From Methanotrichaceae archaeon (GTDB taxonomy: Archaea > Halobacteriota > Methanosarcinia > Methanotrichales > Methanotrichaceae): a stretch of DNA of 64,000 nucleotides. Position numbers and translations under genes: made by a program. Of the stretch, positions 20,801 to 30,135 are shown piece by piece. The stretch covers positions 352,001 to 416,000 of the forward strand of contig CAWDLW010000015.1 of NCBI GenBank assembly GCA_963803145.1, in the 5' to 3' direction. Under the pieces are notes generated by a model. The model had not been told where the DNA came from. It saw only the letters and a list, made by a program, of their open reading frames with translations, and did no database searches. Numbering within the stretch: the first letter of the stretch is position 1; every line of letters begins with the position of its first letter.

Positions 20801-21464
20801 TCTTCGCCCAAAAATTGAGAAGTAACAATATTATGAGACCAATATGTATTGTCCTAGATAATGCTAGAATACATCTAGCTAAGAAGTTTAGGGCATTAGC
20901 CCACGAACTTGATATCCATTTAATATATAACGTGCCATATTCCCCTGATTTAAATCCTATAGAGTTCGGTTGGAAGGATTTTAAAAGAGAGATATCAAAA
21001 TATACTGATTTTGATGAAGCTATTGAGGATGCCCAAGATTGCGCTTTACAAATATTTTATTCCAATAAAGATGGATACTCTAAGTCTTGGATAAAGCAGT
21101 TTATAAGGTAAAAAGTTGGGAGAATGACTATAAATACTATGAGCAGTCGCTTGGGATTGTTCGCATGATCGGGGATCGAAAGAATGAGGGCAATGCTCTT
21201 TGTAACCTTGGAAAGGTCTATGCCGCCCTTGACGAAGTCTGCAAAGCGATCGAGCACTACGAGCAATCGTTAGAGATCTTTCGCCGGATCGAATACTGCC
21301 GAGGAGAAGGTGATGCCCTATTCAACATGAGCTTAGCGCATGAAAAGATTGGCCATCGACAGGAGGCAATCAATCATGCGAAGGAAGCACTAAGAATTTT
21401 CGAGCAGATCGAAAGTCCATATTCTGAGAAAGCGCGGCAAAAGTTGGCGGAATGGAAAGGATAA
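17860..21464 (+). pseudogene. STAND NB-ARC ATPase with TPR array, interrupted by IS630
   Basis: GMAGVGKT Walker A, LLLLDNA Walker B, ITSR, LPLAL, LHDL; TPRs resume in frame after the IS (KAI-KYYEQSL). Confidence 0.88.
20048..21130 (+). mobile_element. IS630-family element, diverged isoform (orfA 20114-20587, orfB to 21111)
   Basis: Same length (1083 bp) and similar TIRs as copy 1, TA duplication, homologous transposase. Confidence 0.9.
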
Positions 21465-21952
21465 TAATATTTATCCGTAAAATGCTTTGAAGTCTCCATC
21501 AAATGATTAAATGGTAAAGTGAGATTACTCGTTAAAGTGAGACTATAGTGTTTCCTGGGACTTTTTGCCCGATAGAATAAGCAATAAACGAGCTGATCGC
21601 GGAAAAGATTAGGACATTCATGAGTCTCAGAATAGGGCTTATGCCCGAAGTATGTAAAACGTGATTTACCATCGCAGCCATAATTAATCCTGATATAGGC
21701 AGTGAAGGCTGTGCATGAGTTGAGACAATAAGATCTCGAGATAATTAAACTAATTGCGAATATTACGGCAAGAATCGAAATCGGCTTGGCTCCAGGATCT
21801 TGGCTCTGCAACAAACAAACCTTGTGGTTGAATCTTGTTCGTTAGGCAGCAATAAAACAAAACTAAATTCACCATAAAGCTCACAAAGGGGACAAAACGT
21901 TCTGTAACTCTGTCCGAAGGCAACAAGACCTCTGTGGCCCTAGCTAACTCAT

Positions 21953-22768
21953 TTAAATCAATCTCTCCGCCCCAGCATACACATAAAGATTCGGGCTCCT
22001 AACGAAGCCCACCAGAGTCATCCCAATCTTTTCCGCCAGTTCCACGCCTGAGTTCATTGGCGCGCTTCTGCTCACCAATATTGGAAACCCCGAACGTGCT
22101 GCTTTGGCAACCATGACCCCCGACAGTCGTCCGCTGGTGATCAGAGCACACTTGGATAGATCTGTCCCGGAAAGAAAGGCCGCTCCTACAGTCTTGTCCA
22201 CGGAGCTTGACCTGCTGACATCCTCGCAGGAGGCGATAATATTCCCTTCGCTATCGCAAATAATCGATGTGTGCGTGGCGCCAGTCCTTCGCCAGATCTT
22301 GGCTCGCTCATTGAGCTGATCCACGGCCCTTAGAAGTGCATCGACTTTTATCCTGATTTCGGAGACAACCGGCTTCAGATCCTGTAAAGATGAGCTTCCA
22401 ACGCTGCAGCACTGATGCCCCTTCCAGGGTGCTGCTTTGCCGTCCCTGGTTTCACAGATCAAAGCTCCCATATCTTCCTTGAGGGAGACTATATCCTGGA
22501 AGCTTTCCACAATTCCCTCGCCGACTAGGAAGCCCACTGCCATTTCCTTAAGCTGATCCGGGAGGGCAGGGATAGCGGTTATACAGCTGCCATTGAGGAT
22601 TATGTTCACGACCTCTTCCACGGCCACATCAGCATCAATCTCGCTTCTCTTCCCATCCGAGATCTCCAAACACCTTCTTGAGCGAAATGTCGGATGAGGG
22701 TCCAGATGCTCTTCCTTCCAGTGGGTTTCCGGCTCAGTTATCCTGCTCGCATGCCAGCTATCTCTCAT
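21953..22768 (-). CDS. fdhD: Formate dehydrogenase accessory sulfurtransferase
   Basis: VAVEE, MAVGFLVGEG, TGATH, EDVSR...DKTVG, SGRLS, GMTLVGFVR. Confidence 0.9.
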   Translation of the reverse strand: MRDSWHASRITEPETHWKEEHLDPHPTFRSRRCLEISDGKRSEIDADVAVEEVVNIILNGSCITAIPALPDQLKEMAVGFLVGEGIVESFQDIVSLKEDMGALICETRDGKAAPWKGHQCCSVGSSSLQDLKPVVSEIRIKVDALLRAVDQLNERAKIWRRTGATHTSIICDSEGNIIASCEDVSRSSSVDKTVGAAFLSGTDLSKCALITSGRLSGVMVAKAARSGFPILVSRSAPMNSGVELAEKIGMTLVGFVRSPNLYVYAGAERLI

Positions 22769-22786
22769 CTTTGGGCTCCTTCAAAC

Positions 22787-24826
22787 TCAGGACAGCGCTT
22801 CTATCCTGCAAGCTGCAACCTTGTATTCCGGAATTTTGGCGACAGGGTCCAGAGCATCTGAAGTAAGTATATTCGTGCCCTGCCAGTGGAATGGCATGAA
22901 GGCCACTCCCGGGTTCACCTTGTCCGATACCCTGGCTCTGGCCTCGGTTCTGCCTCGCTTTGTTTTTACGGATACCATATCCCCCTCGCGGATATTCAGC
23001 TTAGCAGCATCGTCTAGATTTATCTCGATATAGAGCTCGGAGTCTCTCTCAAGAAGAGAAGGACTACGTTTGGTCATCGAACCGCCGCAATAGTGAAGGA
23101 CAATTCGTCCTGTAGTGAGCAAGAGGGGATACTCCGGACTCGTCACTTCCCCTGGGGTTTTGTTCTCCACTGTTGCCACCCTAGCCTTTCCGTCAGGGGT
23201 AGAAAATCTCTCTTTGTGAAGGATATCAGTTCCAGGATGCTTCTCGTCTGGACAGGGCCACCGGAGTCCACCGATTTTTGAGATCCTCTCCTTGGTCATG
23301 CCGCCATATTGCGGGACGAAGCGGTTGATCTCTGATAGAACCTCTGCTGCATTGTTGTAGTTGAAATTAAGCCCAAGCCGATTGGCAATCTGGCAGATTA
23401 TCCATAGACCCTCTTTCGCCTCTCCAATGGGTGGAACTGCCTTATCGATCCACTGTACACGGCGTTCCATGGATGTGTAGCTTCCGTCCTTCTCAGCCCA
23501 GGCTGCTGCAGGAAGTACGACATCTGCAAGCCTGGCCGTGGCCGTCATGAATATCTCCTGCACCACGAAAAAGTCCAGGCTCTCCAAGGCTGCCTTGGTC
23601 TTGGTGATATTGGCATCGCATATCACCGGGTCCTCGCCGATGATGTACAGAGCTTTAAGAGATCCATTCAGCGCAGCATCATTCATCTCTGTCGAGGTCA
23701 GCCCAGGTCCCAGAGGCAGATCTGGCATATTCCAGGCGGATTTGAAATATTCAATAGTCGCTGGATCGGAGGCCCTCTTATAGCCGGGATAGAATTCGGG
23801 CATGCCTCCCATATCGCAGTTGCCCTGGACGTTGTTCTGGCCGCGCATGGGCCACACACCTGCCCCGGGACGCCCGATCTGGCCACAGAGCAATGCCAGA
23901 GTGGCACATGATTTGACGTTGTCCGTGCCACATACATGCTGGGTGATTCCCATTGAGTAGAGAAGGGCGGAGGCAGAAGACTTGGCATAGGCTCTAGCTG
24001 CCCTGACGATATCTCCTTCAGGCACTCCCGTTTTCTCAGACGCCTCCTTTAATGTGAATCCCTCGAGGCTTTTTTGCAGGCTATCAAAGCCCTCAGTACG
24101 CGAGGCGATGAACTTGCTATCTGCCAGACCTTCATCCACTATGACCTTCATCATTCCCCTGATAAGGTCTATATCCGAGCCAGGGCGGATGCGGAGGTGG
24201 ATATCCGACATCCAGGAGGTCGATGTGATTCTGGGATCGGCTACTATTATTATTGCGCCTTTATCCCTAGCCCTCTGTGCCCATCGTGATACGATAGGAT
24301 GAGCCTCTGTAAAGTTTGTGCCGATGGCAAAGATGCATCGTGAATTTTCAAGATCCAGAAGGTTATTGGTCATGGCGCCGGTTCCAAGAACTGCACCCAG
24401 GCCAACAACTGTTGGAGAATGGCAGAGCCTGGCACAATTATCTACATTGGGTGAGCCCAATTCACGAGCCATCTTCTCCATGAGGTAGTTTTCCTCGTTG
24501 TTGCACCTGGACGACGCCAGAAAACCAAGGCTTTTCGGGCCATATTTTTTGATATTCCTGGCTATACCCGCAGCAACGAGATTGAGCGCCTCATCCCAGG
24601 ATATACGTACGAAATCCTCGCCGACCCTCTTCATAGGGTAGCGCAGCCGATCCTCATGGTTCAGGACCTCAAGGACGGCGTTCCCCTTGGGGCAGAGAGC
24701 ACCCTCACATGTGGGATGGTCAGTCATATACTCGATGCCTACAGCCCTGTCCTTCTCCACCACCAGGTAGAGACCGCAGCCAACAGCACAGTAGGGGCAC
24801 AGGGAGGGAACTAGCTTTGTTGACAT
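22787..24826 (-). CDS. fdhA: Formate dehydrogenase alpha subunit (Cys form)
   Basis: CPYCAVGC, DNCARLCHSPT, RGQNNVQG, DPVAKIPEYK. Confidence 0.93.
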   Translation of the reverse strand: MSTKLVPSLCPYCAVGCGLYLVVEKDRAVGIEYMTDHPTCEGALCPKGNAVLEVLNHEDRLRYPMKRVGEDFVRISWDEALNLVAAGIARNIKKYGPKSLGFLASSRCNNEENYLMEKMARELGSPNVDNCARLCHSPTVVGLGAVLGTGAMTNNLLDLENSRCIFAIGTNFTEAHPIVSRWAQRARDKGAIIIVADPRITSTSWMSDIHLRIRPGSDIDLIRGMMKVIVDEGLADSKFIASRTEGFDSLQKSLEGFTLKEASEKTGVPEGDIVRAARAYAKSSASALLYSMGITQHVCGTDNVKSCATLALLCGQIGRPGAGVWPMRGQNNVQGNCDMGGMPEFYPGYKRASDPATIEYFKSAWNMPDLPLGPGLTSTEMNDAALNGSLKALYIIGEDPVICDANITKTKAALESLDFFVVQEIFMTATARLADVVLPAAAWAEKDGSYTSMERRVQWIDKAVPPIGEAKEGLWIICQIANRLGLNFNYNNAAEVLSEINRFVPQYGGMTKERISKIGGLRWPCPDEKHPGTDILHKERFSTPDGKARVATVENKTPGEVTSPEYPLLLTTGRIVLHYCGGSMTKRSPSLLERDSELYIEINLDDAAKLNIREGDMVSVKTKRGRTEARARVSDKVNPGVAFMPFHWQGTNILTSDALDPVAKIPEYKVAACRIEALS

Positions 24827-25530
24827 TCAAGACTCCTTTCTAGAAGCGATTTGCTTTCTAACGATTCGCGTTCTAACGATTCACATTCTAACGATTTGCT
24901 CTCTAGCGATTCACTTTCTAATGATTCGGGTTCTAACCTGGTGTTATTGTTATCTGATTTATGTGTCTCAGAGCATGCCTGGCAAAGCCGCTCTTCTTCT
25001 CTCTGGATGAAGCTTTCACCGCATTCTCTACAAAGAGCAATCTGCTTCCTTGGTTTCTCTGGAACCTCCAGCTCCAGAAGCTCCCAAGTGTAAACGCTTT
25101 CTCCAGCCTCCAGAAGAAAGGAAACTGCTTCAGGGTGAGGTACTTTACAGGTCTTCATGAACCATGCATGGAGCCTAGGGTATCGAGCAGTCTTGGCCGG
25201 GTCCAGCATTATCCTTACAGCTTTTACCCGGCTTCCTGCAGGTCCGCGTTTACTGATGGTGGCTGCCATCTTTCCATGGTCCTTGATCTTCATTCCTTTG
25301 TTGCCTATAGTGCAGCCGGCTAGAATCTGAAAAGGATCGGGCAGACAATTGTAAGTCTCACAGGTTACAAAAAGCCTATCTCCATCCATTATATCCAGAA
25401 GCCTTTGAGCAATATTCAGCATCTGGATGCCTACAAAGGCTCCTGTGCTTAGATAACCATGGAAGGGTGCGACCTTCTCAATCTGAGAACGCATCCTTGG
25501 ATCAGCGATTTTCCCTAGAATCTCCTCCAT
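24811..25530 (-). CDS. fmdE: FmdE-family protein with C-terminal Zn finger and pentapeptide repeat tail
   Basis: FHGYLSTG, CLPDPFQILAGCTIGN, CRECGE...CQAC. Confidence 0.8.
   Translation of the reverse strand: MEEILGKIADPRMRSQIEKVAPFHGYLSTGAFVGIQMLNIAQRLLDIMDGDRLFVTCETYNCLPDPFQILAGCTIGNKGMKIKDHGKMAATISKRGPAGSRVKAVRIMLDPAKTARYPRLHAWFMKTCKVPHPEAVSFLLEAGESVYTWELLELEVPEKPRKQIALCRECGESFIQREEERLCQACSETHKSDNNNTRLEPESLESESLESKSLECESLERESLESKSLLERSLECQQS
24833..24937. repeat. 15-bp tandem repeat (about 6-7 units, TCTAACGATTCnCnT) encoding ESLES-like repeats
   Basis: Visible repeats; translation LEPESLESESLESKSLECESLERESLESKSL. Confidence 0.85.
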
Positions 25531-25736
25531 GTAAAATCCTCTTGCCCTGGTCTATGCTACCGTATTGGTTAAGAATTTTTGCATAGCCACTAACTTAAAG
25601 CGCAAAAGGTATGCACTCGTGTTAACTCGAAAGATCTCGACTCACAGGGATCATGTGGATACACATATGAACTGCATCATGAACTGTATCTTGGTTATTA
25701 AATGCGCTTCATCTCTATAAGCCAGAAAAAAAGCGG

Positions 25737-26813
25737 TTAAAAACCGTTCCTCCTCAGCTTTATTTTGCCTACCTTTTCGATCGCTTTGACATTCACGCCA
25801 TCCCAGGCTTCGATGAACCCCATCTCTTCGGCTATTTTGAACAAACCCATGCCTTCGGGAGTCCTTATGATAACCGTGCTCATGCCGGGTGCGCTTCCGA
25901 TGCTGCCAGCGGATACATCTGATAGCTTCGCCGTAAAATCATCGCAGGTCTTACAGCCAGGCTTGACGCAATTCCCGAGTTCTGCCAGAGGAATGGTCTT
26001 TTGGCATCCATCACGTAAGGTTACGACCATCATGCCCTCAGCAGCAACCATCTTATCGATACGCCATGATGGAACATCAAGGCGTCTAGTAATCTCGGAT
26101 ATCAATGAATCATCAAACGCTTCGAAGCAGAAAAGACCTATAAGGAACCGTACTTTTTGCGTAAGCTTTATAGCATGCTCATTGGATGATTTCCTGAGAA
26201 GTCCTACAGCCCTGATTGTACAGGGCGTTCCAACAAGCGCTATGTTCTTCGCCTTCGATTCCTTGATTGCTTCCAGAACGGCATTGCTCGTATACTTGCT
26301 TCCGGTACACTTTACTAGCCCTTTTGCGTCGCATACAACGCGCGGCTGCGCCTTCTGTGTCCACCGATCAACGCCCATGACCAGTGTGCAGTCCACCAGC
26401 TCCTCATCCAGCGCAGCGGTCAGCAGTGCTGTAACTGCACCACCGTTCTGGTAGCGTCCATTACTTGTCTTAGACCTCACGTTCTTAATTTCGAGGTAAG
26501 GCCCGACGATCTCAGAAGAGACTATATTCTTTATGTTTACAGGCAGACGGGGGCATATATCAAGGCATGCCTTGCAGTCCACACAGGGCGCAACCTGAAT
26601 TGGTCTATTCAGCTTCGAGTCGTATGTAAGCGCATCGGCCGGGCACACAGCGATACAGCCTCTGCAGCCAGCACAAATATTCTTCAGCCATACATCCTTC
26701 TCGAGCTCCTGATAAGGCAGAAGCGCCGTCTCATTTGTTTCGTTATCCAGCATTTGAAGCACCGTCAGATATGATTCATTATGACTCATTTCCTCACGCA
26801 GAAGGAATCGCAC
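25737..26813 (-). CDS. Coenzyme F420 hydrogenase/dehydrogenase beta subunit (FrhB/FdhB family) with N-terminal ferredoxin; true start probably a downstream Met
   Basis: CAGCRGCIAVCP, QNGGAVTALL, GSKYT, VGTPC, IGLFCFE, CKTCDDF, DVSAGSIGS. Confidence 0.88.
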   Translation of the reverse strand: MRFLLREEMSHNESYLTVLQMLDNETNETALLPYQELEKDVWLKNICAGCRGCIAVCPADALTYDSKLNRPIQVAPCVDCKACLDICPRLPVNIKNIVSSEIVGPYLEIKNVRSKTSNGRYQNGGAVTALLTAALDEELVDCTLVMGVDRWTQKAQPRVVCDAKGLVKCTGSKYTSNAVLEAIKESKAKNIALVGTPCTIRAVGLLRKSSNEHAIKLTQKVRFLIGLFCFEAFDDSLISEITRRLDVPSWRIDKMVAAEGMMVVTLRDGCQKTIPLAELGNCVKPGCKTCDDFTAKLSDVSAGSIGSAPGMSTVIIRTPEGMGLFKIAEEMGFIEAWDGVNVKAIEKVGKIKLRRNGF

Positions 26814-27489
26814 CCCAACTCATAACATCATCCGCTACGCCAGACATTGAAATCTTTCCTCTCTCAAGTAAGCAGGCTTTGTCCCCGATGCAGGCCACGT
26901 CTCTCAAATCGTGGGTGACGATAATGCTCGGAACTCCACATGCATGAATTCTCTCCCTGAGCTCCTTTCTCATAGCTGCTTGTTTTCTAACATCTAGAGC
27001 GGACAGCGGCTCATCCAGCAGGAAGAGGTCGGGCTCAATTATGAGTGCCCGAGCAAGAGCCACCCGCTGCTTCTGGCCTCCAGAGATTCTCATGGCTTTG
27101 GCCTTTCTAATCTCCCACAGACCCGCTGCCTCCAGATGGTCCTTCACAATGCATTCGATCTCCTTTTGGGGTATCTTGCGGGTTCGAAGGCCGAATGCCA
27201 CGTTATCATAGACGCTCATATGGGGAAACAATGCGTAGCTTTGGAAGACATAACCTATATTTCTCATCTCCGGGCTGATGTTGATCTTGAAGCTTGAATC
27301 AAAGAGGGATCTTCCATCAAGCGTTATCCTGCCAGCATTCGGACTCACAAGTCCTGCTATCAAGTTCAGAAGAGTGGTCTTTCCGCAGCCATTATCCCCC
27401 ACCATCATAAGGATCTCCCCTTTTTCAACCTCTAGGGTTACTTCAAGATCGAAATCCCTCAGCGTTCTCTTGACATCAACTTCTAGCAT
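26794..27489 (-). CDS. modC: Molybdate/tungstate ABC transporter ATPase
   Basis: GDNGCGKT, ISGGQKQR, LLDEP. Confidence 0.88.
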   Translation of the reverse strand: MLEVDVKRTLRDFDLEVTLEVEKGEILMMVGDNGCGKTTLLNLIAGLVSPNAGRITLDGRSLFDSSFKINISPEMRNIGYVFQSYALFPHMSVYDNVAFGLRTRKIPQKEIECIVKDHLEAAGLWEIRKAKAMRISGGQKQRVALARALIIEPDLFLLDEPLSALDVRKQAAMRKELRERIHACGVPSIIVTHDLRDVACIGDKACLLERGKISMSGVADDVMSWGAIPSA

Positions 27490-28366
27490 TTTTGTACATC
27501 CTTCGGGTGAGCGTTTTTACTACGACGATTACCAGGAAGGATATGACGACCAATATAAGGGCCAGACATAGTGATATATCCAAATCACCCTGCATAGCTG
27601 TGTAAATAGCAAGGGGCATAGTTTGGGTTCTTCCCTGGAAGTTGCCGGCAAACATGATAGTGGCTCCGAACTCGCCTAAAGAACGAGCAAAGGCCATAAT
27701 AGCGCCTGAGATGAGGCCGTTTCCGGCTATAGGAAGGATGACATGGAAGAATGTGTAGATCCTGGAAGCCCCCAAAGTGCGTGCTGCATTCTCAAATGAC
27801 CTGTCGATGTCCTCAAAGCTGATCCTAGCCTGGCGGATGTAAAACGGAGAGGAGACAAATACCTGCGCAATGATCACCGCCACTGTTGTGAAGGCGATGC
27901 TTATTCCGAAAGTATTCAGGTAATGCCCCAAAATGCCCATCCGTCCGAATGCCATAAGGAGCGCAATGCCTGCTACAGCTGGGGGCATGATCACCGGCAG
28001 ATCGATCAGGGAATCGGCTATTTCTTTGCCGAAATAATGGAAGCGAGCGCTGACGTAGGCGACAGGCGTGCCTATCAGAACCACAATCGTTGTGGTCAGT
28101 GTCGAGGTCATCAAACTGAGCTTCAGAGCATCCATCACCACTGGGTCGTTTAAAGATCGAAGCGTTGTATCAATAGGGCTCTTGATGAAAAGCGAGGCTA
28201 TTGGCAGGGCTATGAAAGCTGTAGCTATGATCAGCAAGAATGCTATGCCTAACTTCAATGCTGTATCTTTAGCCCGGGCAGAAGTGCTGGCTATATCTTG
28301 ATTTCGTGCCTGAAGCTGTTTTCGGAGCCCAATGAGATGGCTTAATTTAGCTTGATTCGAGGCCAT
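27476..28366 (-). CDS. modB: Molybdate ABC transporter permease
   Basis: DLPVIMPPAVAG, ENAARTLGA, ARSLGEFGAT. Confidence 0.9.
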   Translation of the reverse strand: MASNQAKLSHLIGLRKQLQARNQDIASTSARAKDTALKLGIAFLLIIATAFIALPIASLFIKSPIDTTLRSLNDPVVMDALKLSLMTSTLTTTIVVLIGTPVAYVSARFHYFGKEIADSLIDLPVIMPPAVAGIALLMAFGRMGILGHYLNTFGISIAFTTVAVIIAQVFVSSPFYIRQARISFEDIDRSFENAARTLGASRIYTFFHVILPIAGNGLISGAIMAFARSLGEFGATIMFAGNFQGRTQTMPLAIYTAMQGDLDISLCLALILVVISFLVIVVVKTLTRRMYKNARS

Positions 28367-28485
28367 AACTCCTTAAAGATCAAAGTTCAACCGTGGTCCA
28401 ATTTCGGTGGTTTCTGATGGATGAAGGCCGGAGACTCATCCGGATCTCCGGCCTTGCCTTACAAGGCGAATGCCGATGAAGTGGC

Positions 28486-29337
28486 TCAGGCTGCAGCTTT
28501 AGATGCGGTAACATTACCGGTTACATTTGTCGGTACAGCATTGCCTTCGACTGGCGAAAAGCCATACCTCTTCATGATAGCAGTTCCCTTATCGGACTTC
28601 ACCAGATCAATGAACTTCTTTGCCTCAGCAGGATACTTGGACTGCTTTAATATGCCTATCGGATACTCGGCAATGACATTATATTTGTCAGGGATATCAA
28701 TCTTGTCGACCTTGGCAGACAGGTTTTCAGTTATATCGGACACATAGGCAAAGCCCACATCCGCCTCTCCTAAAGCCACTTTGGTCACTACATAATTCAC
28801 GTTGGTCTCTTGAGAGATTATGTTGGCCATAACCTTTTTCTTATAATCCTGTCCGTAGGCTGAATCGTTTCCCAGCTTACTTATGATCTGCATGGCATAA
28901 TCGCCAACCGGCACGTCCTTAGTACCTATTACGATCTTGATTCCGGGTTTGGCTAGATCAGTGAGGTTATGGATATTCGCCGGATTGTCCTTTGGGATAA
29001 TCAGTGCCAGCTTATTCCTGGTGAAGATGGAAATGCTGCTGTTATTCATAAGCCCCTCGGCTTTTAACGCATTCATCTGTTTCGTGTTGGCAGAGACTAA
29101 GATATCTGCATAAGCCCCATTCTCGATTTGAGTACGCAACACCTGTGAGCCGTCAAAGTTGAAGACCGCATTGATATTTGTCTCATTTTTATATATCTGT
29201 CCTATCTCGCCGAAAGTGCCTGTCAAAGATGCAGCTGTAAAGACTGTAAGCTCCTTTGGCTGCTCTGCACAAAGGCCTGCCGATGTTGCCAGGAATAGAG
29301 CTACCAGGACCATCGTAAGTACACGTTTATCGACCAA
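28486..29337 (-). CDS. modA: Molybdate ABC transporter substrate-binding protein
   Basis: Signal peptide, TAASLT, GSQVLRTQIENGA, DVPVGDY, GEADVGFAYVSD. Confidence 0.92.
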   Translation of the reverse strand: MVDKRVLTMVLVALFLATSAGLCAEQPKELTVFTAASLTGTFGEIGQIYKNETNINAVFNFDGSQVLRTQIENGAYADILVSANTKQMNALKAEGLMNNSSISIFTRNKLALIIPKDNPANIHNLTDLAKPGIKIVIGTKDVPVGDYAMQIISKLGNDSAYGQDYKKKVMANIISQETNVNYVVTKVALGEADVGFAYVSDITENLSAKVDKIDIPDKYNVIAEYPIGILKQSKYPAEAKKFIDLVKSDKGTAIMKRYGFSPVEGNAVPTNVTGNVTASKAAA

Positions 29338-29674
29338 GTTTTTACCTCCTTATACGCTTATCCCATCTTGAAGTAAGCATAAACGCTTACTTTTATATCA
29401 TTATGTTAACGTATATGTTAAACCTAATAACCTTTGCGCCTAAATATGGAAAGCCGGTTCACTGCATGTATGGAGGTACTATTGCAATCTAATGCCAGGA
29501 ACGTTGCAGTTTAGATAGGGGCTAGCGATAAGCTGAAATCCATAACCGAGATATCCCAGCCTTGCATGCTTCGGTAAAGGCTATACTTGCCTCGATATTG
29601 AGTACCACTCTGCCGCAACATAAGGCGATAGATTAATATTCCCTAAAGGCAGCTTCGCCAGGCAGAGGAATTGC

Positions 29675-30094
29675 ATGAGCAATCTGTCTATGTGTTTTAT
29701 CAGCGTGCTAGTTGTTATATTGAATACATCGTTAACAGTGGCCATCACCCAAGAGAACAGCAGCATGGATAAGATTAGTAATATAACATTGAATAATACC
29801 ATTCTGAATAATACAACTCCAGGTAATACAAGCCTAAACACTTCGGCTACGAATAATACATCTGTTAATATAACCAAGCCTGAGAGTATTGAACCGATGA
29901 ACAACACCGACGCCAATACCCCTATCAATCTCTCAACGGCTCAATCTGAACAATCCGATGATGCCGTTTTCATAATTGGCGGTAATGCCACGAGCAATAT
30001 ATCAACCCATAATGTGGATATTCCAACATCGCCTGCAAAAAATGCAAGCGACTTGTGGTATGTCATACAAGCCAAGCCTCACGGTATGGTTTAA
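29675..30094 (+). CDS. Secreted Asn/Thr-rich hypothetical protein
   Basis: Signal peptide, many NxT/S sequons, C-terminal PHG. Confidence 0.6.
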   Translation: MSNLSMCFISVLVVILNTSLTVAITQENSSMDKISNITLNNTILNNTTPGNTSLNTSATNNTSVNITKPESIEPMNNTDANTPINLSTAQSEQSDDAVFIIGGNATSNISTHNVDIPTSPAKNASDLWYVIQAKPHGMV

Positions 30095-30135
30095 ATTTAC
30101 CCCCAGCTTTTAGTTTTCAGAAAATTCTGAAGGAG

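Noticed and set aside
22787-24826. Selenocysteine in FdhA or FmdB
   Set aside because: Both have Cys at the ligand position and no in-frame TGA
24833-24937. Possible CRISPR array
   Set aside because: 15-bp units with no spacers, coding in frame; no repeat-spacer array seen anywhere in the window
25765-26454. 229-aa plus-strand ORF and similar antisense ORFs over fmd, mutL, thiI and modAB
   Set aside because: Shadows of well-supported genes, with no motifs
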